In this document: positions 1-9,129 of the stretch, piece after piece
How positions within the stretch are numbered: position 1 is the first letter of the stretch
How the letters are laid out: every line of letters begins with the position of its first letter
Assembly (NCBI GenBank): GCA_016748015.1
Contig: JAAOMT010000712.1
Coordinates: 9,687 to 19,837, forward strand
DNA from: Geosiphon pyriformis uo1
Taxonomy: Eukaryota > Fungi > Glomeromycota
Length of the DNA stretch: 10,151 nucleotides
Reading direction: 5' to 3'
Translations under genes and position numbers: made by a program
The notes under the pieces: generated by a model
What the model was told of the DNA's origin: nothing
Seen by the model: the letters and a program-made list of their open reading frames with translations, nothing else
Database searches by the model: none

Positions 1-634
1 TTTTTTATTTACATAATCTATTATAATCAATTTACATTTATTCATTTCATTATCATGCAAATTTCAACCATTTCCCGAAACCAAAACAAGTGAATAAATA
101 AATTAACTTTTAATAAGTTTGTTTGATACTAAGAAACACGTCAGATGCTTGAAAAAAACATAAGTTTAAATTATTTTTAAACTTTCTTATTAATACAGTA
201 ATTTTCCCAATATAAAACTGTTGAGAAATATAATTAATCAAATTTTATTAGTTTGTGTAAAGCATCAAATGTTAAGAAATAGAAAAAAAAACATAAAAAT
301 TTGGCTGATTTTATGAGTTGGTTTTGGTTAAAAAATAAAAACTTGTACAATGAAAAAAACAAAATATTTGGACTGATTTTGGCTTTATAAATAATTATGC
401 GGTATACAATAAATTATATTCAAGTAAATTTTAACAAATACTTTTTAATTTTTGTTTCGTAATTTTAAAAAAATTGAAAATGCTTTGAATAATAAAGTAA
501 TTAATAAATTTATTAAAAATTTTAAAAAGAATAAAAACAGAATTGACATAATTTTTTAATTTTTGTGGTTTTGTGAACAATACAGTATAAGTTTTGTACA
601 ATAATATTCTTGATNNNNNNNNNNNNNNNNNNNN

Positions 635-2559
635 ACTCATATATACTTGTTTTTTTTAATAGATGACTTATTTACAACAAAGTCCATCGTTATTCCTTCC
701 AATCCTTCCTCTATATCTCTCTCTCTCTCTCTTCGTTCCTATGTAACTTTATCAAGGTGGGTTTCATTGGGTATTGTACATGTTTAAAAGTTAAAACGTT
801 AAAAAATAAAAAAATAAAAAAATAAAAAAAATAAAAAATAAAAAAATAAAAAAATAAAAAAAATAAAAAAATAAAAAAATAAAAAAATAAAAAATAAAAA
901 AATAAAAAATAAAGAAAATTAAAAAAAAAGATTTTTTCGGAAGGAATTTGTGGCGATTTTTTAAGATAATTGTAGATCACCTCTATAATTATTTTAGACT
1001 TGTCGCGTACACATTTTTCTTCTTAAATAATCGCGAATACAAACTTGATCATGTGACAATACTCATATATACTTGTTTTTTTTAATAGATGACTTATTTA
1101 CAACAAAGTCCATCGTTATTCCTTCCAATCCTTCCTCTATCTCTCTTTCTCTCTCTTTGTTCCTATGTAACTTTATCAAGGTGGGTTTCACTGGGTATTG
1201 TACTTGTTTAAAAGTAAAACGTTAAAAAATAAAAAATAAAGAAAATAAAAAATTAAAAAAAAAGATTTTTTCGGAAGGAATTTGTGGCGATTTTTTAAGA
1301 TAATTGTAGATCACCTCTATAATTATTTTAGACTTGTCGCGTACACATTTTTCTTCTTAAATGATCGTGAATACAGACTTGATCATTTGACAATACTCAT
1401 ATATACTTGTTTTTTTTAATAGATGACTTATTTACAACAAAGTCCATCGTTATTCCTTCCAATCCTTCCTCTATATTTCTCTCTCTCTCTTCGTTCCTAT
1501 GTAACTTTTTCAAGGTGGGTTTCATTGGGTATTGTACATGTTTAAAAGTTAAAACGTTAAAAAATTAAAAATAAAAAAATAAAAAAATAAAAAAAAATAA
1601 AAAAATAAAAAAAATAAAAAAATAAAAAAATAAAAAATAAAGAAAATTAAAAATTAAAAAAAAAGATTTTTTCGGAAGGAATTTGTGGATATTTTTAAGA
1701 TAATAGTAGATCACCTCTATAATTATTTTGGACTTGTCGCGTGCACATTTTTCTTCTTAAATAATCGCGAATACAATCTTGATCATGTGACAATACTCAT
1801 ATATACTTGTTTTTTTTAATAGATGACTTATTTACAACAAAGTCCATCGTTATTCCTTCCAATCCTTCCTCTATATCTCTCTCTCTCTTCGTTCCTATGT
1901 AACTTTTCAAGGTGGGTTTCATTGGGTATTGTACTTGTTTAAAAGTTAAAACGTTAAAAAATAAAAAAATTAAAAAATTAAAAAAATTAAAAAATAAAAA
2001 AAAAAATTAAAAAATAAAAAAATAAAAAAAATAAAGAAAATAAAAAAAAAGATTTTTTCGGAAGGAATTTGTGGCGATTTTTTAAGATAATTGTAGATCA
2101 CCTCTATAATTATTTTAGACTTGTCGCGTTCACATTTTTCTTCTTAAATAATCGCGAATACAATCTTGATCATGTGACAATACTCATATATACTTGTTTT
2201 TTTTAATAGATGACTTATTTACAACAAAGTCCATCGTTATTCCTTCCAATCCTTCCTCTATATCTCTCTCTCTCTTCGTTCCTATGTAACTTTTCAAGGT
2301 GGGTTTCATTGGGTATTGTACTTGTTTAAAAGTTAAAACGTTAAAAAATAAAAAAATAAAAAAAAAAGATTTTTTCGGAAGGAATTTGTGGCGATTTTTT
2401 AAGATAATTGTAGATCACCTCTATAATTATTTTAGAATTGTCGCGTTCACATTTTTCTTCTTAAATAATCGCGAATACAAACTTGATCATGTGACAATAC
2501 TCATATATACTTGTTTTTTTAATAGATGACTTATTTACAACAAAGTCCATCGTGATTCC
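635..2559 (+). repeat. Tandem array 1: five full units plus one partial unit of a composite repeat (conserved body with (CT)n tract plus variable A-rich linker)
   Basis: Anchor ACTCATATATACTTG recurs at 635, 1061, 1395, 1795, 2182, 2499 (periods 426, 334, 400, 387, 317 bp). Length differences lie almost entirely in the (A5-8T)n linker. Homology ends at ~2559. The left end abuts an N gap. Confidence 0.98.
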
Positions 2560-2586
2560 ACAACCGTGACCTGCATGCCTCACTAT
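2558..2586 (+). mobile_element. Possible decayed Helitron 3' terminus (hairpin remnant + CTA-) closing array 1
   Basis: GC-richer CCACAACCGTGACCTGCATGCCTCACTAT follows directly where the repeat homology ends. Restoring three G>A changes gives a CGCAG...CTGCG stem a few nt upstream of CTA. The terminus is CTAT, not canonical CTRR. Confidence 0.3.
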
Positions 2587-2642
2587 AACACGATAATAAT
2601 TAATCTTTGGATTATGGACTGATCAGGGAATGTTTAAAAATA

Positions 2643-2708
2643 CAGTCAGACCTCTATAAAAGAACACAGTTGGGACATGCAAATTATGTTCCATTTTAGT
2701 GGTGTTCT
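2643..2708. mobile_element. End of a pogo/Tigger-like (Tc1/mariner superfamily) element or MITE, truncated by the gap
   Basis: TA (2641-2642) followed by CAGTCAGACCTCTATAAAAGAACAC, a CAGTnnnACCTC-type TIR. Internal inverted matches: AGAACAC (2661-2667)/GTGTTCT (2702-2708) and GGGACAT/ATGTTCC. Confidence 0.7.
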
Positions 2709-2728
2709 NNNNNNNNNNNNNNNNNNNN

Positions 2729-3170
2729 TTTTTGTTTGTTTGTCAGTAAGTAAAGGTTTGGCTATATTTAGCTTCATCTTTACATAAACGTCGTTGAATA
2801 TGGTCTACACTAATTTTAAACTTTTTTTTTTCATTTCCCGTTGCATATCAGTGGCAATTAGATTCGATATCGACCGGCTTTTGGTTGATCATGTAGGTCT
2901 TTTGTTTCTTTTACCTTTTAACCCAATGAAGTGCTGTAGACTTACTACAATGAATTTTCTTTGCTGTGGCTACAAGTCCAAGTTTTGGGGTCTTTGGGAT
3001 GTTGTTTAAAAAAACGATTTCATATCTTTTGTGTATTGGAAGAGAAATTTTTGCGTCATAGCACTTGACTATTTTAAAATACCTGAATGATCAGCAAATA
3101 TGTTATTTTTTATCCTGGAAAATCTAGCTCCACAAAGAGTTATTGAGTCAGATACTTTTGTGACGCGCTG
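2729..3170 (-). mobile_element. Tc1-family DNA transposon, 5' portion
   Basis: The minus strand reads TA|CAGCGCGTCACAAAAGTATCTGAC (TA at 3171-3172), a Tc1-type TIR ~120 bp upstream of transposase-like coding sequence. The rest is lost in the gap. Confidence 0.85.
2732..3048 (-). pseudogene. Tc1 transposase N-terminal DNA-binding region (HTH - GRPR-like linker - second HTH), frameshifted and internally deleted
   Basis: Manual translation gives ISLPIHKRYEIVFLNNIPKTPKLGLVATAKKIHCSKSTALHWVKR, a frameshift near 2912, KETKDLHDQPKAGRYR, then after further breaks IATDMQREMKKK, FKISVDHIQRRL and KPLLTDKQ. These are the hallmark Tc1 motifs in the correct order. Confidence 0.88.
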
Positions 3171-3599
3171 TATTGAGGTTTGAATTTAAAATATGCTGCC
3201 AATTTTGCGACCTGACATCAAGGTATTATCAAAAAAAAGTTATTCATGCGTTCGACCATGTAAAAAGAGGGAAGAAATTTTATCATTATAAAAATTTTCA
3301 ACGCCCACTTTAGAGCCTTTAAAAATAGAACCAGGATTAAATTGCTTAGCAAGATTAAAAGAATTTAACATAATTAACTTTATAATTTATTCAAAAATGT
3401 TATTTAGCACATAGTTAAGAAATTTATATTGGGCTGTTTATAGCTTGGTCATGGAATCTGCATTTTTTTTTTCTAGTTAATAAACTTATTATATTGTTGA
3501 TTTTTACTTTTATTTCTTTAAACTGCAGAATAATGTGTTTATAATTAATAAAATAATCCGAATCTACTTTTTTAAAAATGTTTTAGTATGCTATATTTG

Positions 3600-5600
3600 T
3601 TTTGGTCTTTATTGAATACAAAATTATCGATAAGTTTATTAATTCCAGCTATTATGTAAACTTGAAATTTCAAAACTTTTTTATCTTGACACAGATCTTT
3701 TATACTTAAATATTTTTTCTAAAAATAACATTATTTATGTTCAATGTATGCTATTTGATAAAACTTTAAAATTTTGTTTCCAGCTTTTGAGTGTTTTTTT
3801 AAAAGATTTAATTACCAGTTTATTTAATTTATAATACTTGATAGATTTTTTGTCATAATGTTTTTGTAATATCTGTATTAGTTTTTTGTTGAATTTACTC
3901 TAGCAGCTTTTAAAACAGCATTTTACTAACAGTTTAAGTTTTTAATACTAATCGTATCAAATTTTTATCTGGTTTTGTAGATTGTTTAGCATATTTTGGT
4001 TTAATAAATATCTAAAATTGGTTAATTAACGTTTTCTCAATTTTTTCAAATTGTTTTATGTTTAAAATAGTTTTGTTTGCTGCATTTTGCATTTTCGTGT
4101 TAATAAACTGAATAATTCTTATTTGAATTTTGACCCAAAATAATATAAATAAATATATTTGTTGCTTATTTAACCAAATGTTTTATTTTTTTATTTTGCA
4201 TATAGTATTTGATTGTTCATAAAAATGAATTTGCTTTAATTAACTCAAAAAACATGTTAGAAGTGGTACAGAAATCGATTTTTGGTACGTTTGAATTTTT
4301 GGTATCGTGTAACAATTTTCTAATTGATAAAAATGATAATGATACTAAAAGTTACTGTAATTGAATAATGTTTCTGTTGAAATTTTGCAGTGGTTTCTAA
4401 TGGTTAACAATTTTTTTCTTTGAGAAAATTTACAGTTTTTTATTTAAAATACTTTTGTATATCTCTTTTCTAATATAATTAACTGTTAATGTTTTATAAT
4501 TGCACTAAGTAAAATACTTGGCATTAAGTGTTAAAATTAAAAAAAGAAATAAAATATAAATAATTTTAATTAGGAATTATTTGTCCAAGATTATTAAATT
4601 TCGAATTTTAAAGTCCATTGTAAACTGACCAAAAAATATAGAAGAATATTAAAATTTCAATAATATTTTCATTAAAAGATATTTTTAAAAATAATAGCAA
4701 TTTTTCAATAATACTTTGAGTTTTATGAATATAAAATTTATTTTGAAGGTAAAAAGTAATATTTTATAACAAGATATTATTTTTTAAAGCTAAAAACTAT
4801 TGTCTATATATATAATTTGTAATTATACAAATTAAAGTTTTTCTTAACTTCAATAAAACTATTTTTTGGTAATAAATTCTAACATAATCTTTGTGAAAAT
4901 TGAGTTATTTTGGTAATTTTAGCTAAAAAAAATTTTCTAATTCAAATATGTCTGCACTGGTTTTAAATTAACATTTGTAATTATACTATTTTTTAAACCA
5001 ATTTAATTATAACAATCTTGTTTAATTCAAATTTAAATAATTTGCTTGATTTTTAAGAAACAAAACTTTTAACTATGATAATTTATTTCTGAACTATTTT
5101 TTTAACGCTAAATAGTTAATATCTAATTTGTAACTTTTTTTACCAGCACAAAACTAGCAACATTATTAATAAAAGCAAGTTATTAAAAAATTTTATATTG
5201 TTTTTATAATAAATTAAACAAAACAAGTAAAGATAGTAAAATTATTTCGTTTTTTTTGTTTTGAATTGGTTTAATATAGCATTTTTGGTATTTAATTAAA
5301 GATTTTTTTTTAAAATAAAGTTTTATTTACTTACTTTTATTATTAAACTGTATTATATTTTAACCTTATTAGTATTTTTATTTTAAATAATTGTAATTTT
5401 ACCAATTTTATTATTAAAAACACTATTGTTAAAAGATATTAAATTAGATATAATGTTATCAGAATTTTTACAACTTTTATTGAGCTTGGTTTTACTATTA
5501 CTAGCATTTATAATATTTTTGATTTTGATTATTCGGCTTTTTGTGGTCATTTTTAAACCACTTTTACTAGCAAAAAAAAATTTATGGAGTAAAACATCTA
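3600..5600 (-). pseudogene. Heavily decayed reading frame, possibly a Transib/RAG1-like DDE transposase
   Basis: A-rich minus strand with motif remnants in the expected order: NAKYF-T*CN (4525-4496; cf. YFCxWCxC), VPLL-(H)MF (4269-4250, needs a 1-nt indel), TL*QKIYQVL (~3861; LW), FT**LELIN (3660-3634; cf. FTQQGLExxN). Many stops. Boundaries are approximate. Confidence 0.35.
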
Positions 5601-5837
5601 AATTTCTTTGGATTGACACTATATAGTAAAAAGATAAATAAATGTGAATAAAAAGTAAAGAATTTTGCTATTTATGTGTGCTTTAATTACTTTATTGATT
5701 TAAAATAATCAAAGAATCAACGAAAAAAGAAATATTTTATTTGATTGAAATCATTAAATATATTTATAATAAATAATTAAAATAAAAAAATAAATAAGCA
5801 AATATTAACAAATTATTAATTAATAGCTTTATATAAT

Positions 5838-6124
5838 AAATTAATTTAAATTACTTTTATAACCATTTATAATTGTAAAATTAAAAACTAACTCTTTTCA
5901 CACATTTTAATTGATTGAATCAAGTGTATTTAATTTAGTTTTTAAACTTTTAAGTCATCAATTAGATTTTTTTTATACATTTTAATAATTAAGATGTGTA
6001 TAAGAGACAGGTTATAAAATTAATTTAAATTACTTTTATAACCATTTATAATTGTAAAATTAAAAACTAACTCTTTTCACACATTTTAATTGATTGAATC
6101 AAGTGTATTTAATTTAGTTTTTAA
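5838..6124 (+). repeat. Perfect 108-bp direct duplication bracketing the adapter
   Basis: 5838-5945 is identical to 6017-6124 (offset 179). The flanks differ on both sides. Confidence 0.93.
5992..6010 (+). other. Tn5 mosaic end / Nextera adapter sequence (library artefact)
   Basis: Exact 19/19 match to AGATGTGTATAAGAGACAG. Confidence 0.97.
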
Positions 6125-6244
6125 TTAAATTGTAATTAAATTGATTGTTAATTTCTTATTTTTTTATTGTCAATTAATATTTGTTAAATTAATATATTAG
6201 TAATATCATATATAAATTCAAAATTTTTTTAAAATTTCAATATT

Positions 6245-6886
6245 TCTACTATATAAAAATAAAAAAAAAGATTTTTTCGGAAGGAATTTGTGGCGATTTT
6301 TTAAGATAATTGTAGATCAACTCTATAATTATTTTGACTTGTCGCGTACACATTTTTCTTCTTAAATGATCGTGAATACAGACTTGATCATGTGACAATA
6401 CTCATAAATACTTGTTTATTTTTAATAGATGACTTAATTACAACAAAGTCCTTCGTTCTTCCTTCCGATCCTTCCTCTATCTCTCTTTCTCTCTCTTCGT
6501 TCCTATGTAACTTTATCAAGGTGGGTTTCACTGGGTATTGTACTTGTTTAAAAGTTAAAACGTTAAAAAATAAAAAAAATAAAAAAATAAAAAAAATAAA
6601 AAATAAAGAAAATAAAAAAAAAGATTTTTTCGGAAGGAATTTGTGGCGATTTTTTAAGATAATTGTAGATCACCTCTATAATTATTTTAGACTTGTCGCG
6701 TACACATTTTTCTTCTTAAATGATCGCGAATACAAACTTGATCATGTGACAATACTCATAAATACTTGTTTATTTTTAATAGATGACTTAATTACAACAA
6801 AGTCCTTCGTTCTTCCTTCCAATCCTTCCTCTATCTCTCTTTCTCTCTCTTTATTCCTATGTAACTTTATCAAGGTGGGTTTCACT
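6245..6886 (+). mobile_element. Putative 5' portion of a non-autonomous Helitron carrying array 2
   Basis: TCTACTATATAAAA at 6245 immediately precedes the first repeat body and matches the typical Helitron 5' terminus (TC followed by TACTATATAA). The preceding base is T rather than the canonical A. Confidence 0.5.
6255..6886 (+). repeat. Tandem array 2 of the same repeat family (variant subtype), same orientation
   Basis: Body start GATTTTTTCGGAAGGAATTTGTGG at 6270. Anchors ACTCATAAATAC at 6400 and 6754 (period 354 bp). Runs into the N gap at 6887. Confidence 0.97.
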
Positions 6887-6989
6887 NNNNNNNNNNNNNN
6901 NNNNNNCATGTTTACATTATATTGTGATCAATTTATATCACATTGTGATTTTTTGCAATTATTCTAAAGTCCTATGCTTTGTCACATGA

Positions 6990-9100
6990 CTATGGTTATC
7001 CTGATAAAAAGATTGTTCAGAATTGACAAGTTAACATCCCTATTTTTTTCTTTCTTTGCACACTTTTTCTCAGTTTAGAAAAAAATATTTTTTACCATAT
7101 AAAGTGATGCTAAAGTTTTGATAAAAGCCTGAAACTAAACAAAAAATAGGAATATTTCTGATACTGTATATTAATTAACTTATATATTCTTACAAACTTT
7201 TTTTAAAATACATTATACACATATATTTCTACCAGATATTTTGAGACAATGTAATCTTTCTTTAATAACAGCTTCAAGCTAAACTTACTGAAAGCAGTAT
7301 AGAAAAAAAAATTTTGCAAATATCTAAAAAACTATAAATGAAGAGTAAAACAGAGCTATAATTAACTTAAAAACCAGATTTGTAAGCTTGTATATAAAAT
7401 TTTTATTACCCTTTACAATTGTATTACATAGGGTTAAGTAATATCTGTAACTTATAGAGTAGTGCACTATATAAAAACATATAGAATTATATGCCACATG
7501 AAAGGCAAAAAATGCTCTGTAATCTCCAGAGTAGGTAATACTATATGGAATGCATATGCAAACTTGTATATTACATAAAGACAAAATTTTTATAGTAGAT
7601 ACTCACTTGGTACATTGTATACTTGTATATCATACAGTGGATAGAAGATGTTTTGTAACTTTTAGAATAGGTAATGCTTTTTAGCTACAAAATATAACAA
7701 GAGCTCCAGATGGTTACTTATTTCCTAAACATTGGTGATAATCTTCTTTTGTTTATTTCTAAGCACAAAATTAAGGTAACAAAGTTCTGCAAATTTTTTA
7801 GAAAGAAATGAACACTGAAAAAAGAGGAGATATGTAATATGTCTCAATTACGAATCTCATCATAACTTTTCTATAATCACAATTTAATATAAGCCTTAAT
7901 ATATAGGTAAATATATTGAAAGTAACAAACGCACTTGTTATTTATCAAAAGATTCAAGTTATTAAGCATATGATAACTTAGAGTATCAATAGCAATATTT
8001 AGTGACAAGTTATGCTAGACATTATGCATATGGTTTATATCAAAACTTAAAATACTAATTAATATTTCCGATTAATAAGAAAGAGAAAAAGAAAAAAAAC
8101 TTGATGATAAGAGAAAAAAAAATTTATTGGAGCCAGAGAAAAATGTATTTTTAAAAAAATTGAAGTGACTTTTGTTTGAGATATTACCAGTTTTATAAGT
8201 ATCTTTTTTTAAGCTCTGTTTTGTTGGAGCACTTAATGATAACTTTGTGTTTTCTTTTAGTTTTAATACATATGTCTGATCATACAATAATCTTTTTAAG
8301 AACAGTGATATATTAGAAAAAAAATTTATGAATACATATATTCATTTTATGTTAAAAAAGATGTTTTATTGATTTTTGAATATTTGCTATATATATAAGG
8401 TTTTTTTTTAAGTGTTTAAAGTAAAGACCACTACATTTCTCATTTTTTTGTAGTGGCAATAAGCAATCAATGTTTCAATATATTGAAAGTTTATATCCAA
8501 TCAGAAAAAAAATGCTGATAAAGCATATGGTATTGCATATACAATAAATAAAAAACCATATGAGATTTCAGTTATGAAGTGATCAAAACCATATAAAATT
8601 GAAAATTTCAAGGAGATATCAAATTACATTCAAAATACACATGTGACAAAAGATATATTATACTATTGTATTAGAGATGAAGTTAAAGCGAATACCACCA
8701 GCTTAATTTCAGGTTTACATAATACAAAGCATTAATCTTAATCTTTGGTTTCTTTTATGGATTACTTAGGTATAATTACTACAAGGGAAGGACATTTGCA
8801 AGTTATTGTAATAAGACGTTTTTTTCTTTAGATATTTATAAACTTTTTTGAAATTAACATATATAAAATTTTAACAGTTTTAAAAAAAATCAGTTTATTT
8901 TCGTTTTTTTTCTGAGCAGTTGTGACTTAGGTAGTAAGTAATATTACTATTTGATATTATTTTTGAGCTTAATTTTTACTAATTTTCATTTATTGTATAA
9001 CTAATAGTTGGTATCACTAATAGAGAATTCTAATTAGTGATAATTAACATGTTTTTTTCTGCATTTTTAATATGAAGCCTTCACATGTAAAATCTATTTT
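6990..9100 (+). pseudogene. Multi-exon pseudogene with a C-terminal restriction-endonuclease-like (PD-(D/E)xK) domain, resembling expanded Mucoromycota/Glomeromycotina hypothetical-protein families
   Basis: Frames read LLFEILPV / FNTYV*SYNNLFKNSDILEKKFMNTYIH / AINVSIY*KFISNQKKNADKAYGIAYTINKKPYEISVMK*SKPY...IQNTHVTKDIL / FMDYL / IYKLF...VVT*. They are separated by short candidate introns at 7382-7431, 8195-8260 (donor ATAAGT), 8400-8453, 8770-8831 and 8934-~9000 (GTAAGT, ACTAAT branch-like). Family assignment is from motif recall. The 5' and 3' limits are approximate. Confidence 0.6.
7416..7690 (+). repeat. Degenerate ~72-bp tandem repeat (about 4 copies) within the pseudogene
   Basis: ATATCTGTAACTTATAGAGTAG (7441), TGCTCTGTAATCTCCAGAGTAGGTAATACT (7513), TGTTTTGTAACTTTTAGAATAGGTAATGCT (7649). 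ACTTGTATAT occurs at 7562 and 7621. Spacings are 72 and 136 bp (the third copy is internally deleted). Confidence 0.65.
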
Positions 9101-9129
9101 ATTCTTTAGTATTAAGACTTTTAAATAAT

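Noticed and set aside
296-380. Short imperfect direct repeat TTTGG(A)CTGATTTT
   Set aside because: Two short copies with no associated structure; cannot be assigned.
663-756. Tandemly repeated exon (T-rich AATAG acceptor ... AAG|GT donor)
   Set aside because: Exon length varies with the (CT)n tract and small indels, so the frame is not conserved. Such sites are common by chance in AT-rich DNA.
740-953. Spliced-leader or snRNA gene cluster (AAG|GTGGGT donor-like site; AATTTGTGG Sm-like site at 945-953)
   Set aside because: No match to SL or U snRNA sequences I know. The two motifs are separated by a hypervariable A tract and no convincing flanking stem-loops are present. An Infernal/Rfam scan would settle it.
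431-980. ORFs 431-640 and 711-980
   Set aside because: One spans an N gap and the other is a translation of the microsatellite linker (poly-Phe).
635-2559. CRISPR-like repeat/spacer array
   Set aside because: The repeats are ~290 bp, the variable parts are simple A-rich microsatellite rather than unique spacers, there are no cas genes, and the context is eukaryotic.
2650-2659. ACCTCTATAA shared between the pogo-like TIR and the repeat unit
   Set aside because: Only ~10 bp with no extended similarity; probably chance.
2794-3009. Plus-strand 71-aa ORF
   Set aside because: It is the antisense shadow of the Tc1 transposase remnant.
5383-5626. Overlapping 78-aa (-) and 66-aa (+) ORFs as real small genes
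   Set aside because: Low complexity with non-ATG starts. At most a surviving fragment of the decayed minus-strand frame and its shadow.
5992-6010. Genuine bacterial Tn5/IS50 insertion or horizontal transfer
   Set aside because: The mosaic end is a synthetic sequence. There is no transposase, second end or 9-bp TSD.
7324-8287. Minus-strand ORFs 7324-7584 and 8072-8287; NHL-repeat-like reading (DKIFIVDT) on the plus strand
   Set aside because: The ORFs are antisense to the plus-strand pseudogene. The NHL resemblance is better explained by the degenerate 72-bp repeat read across a frameshift.
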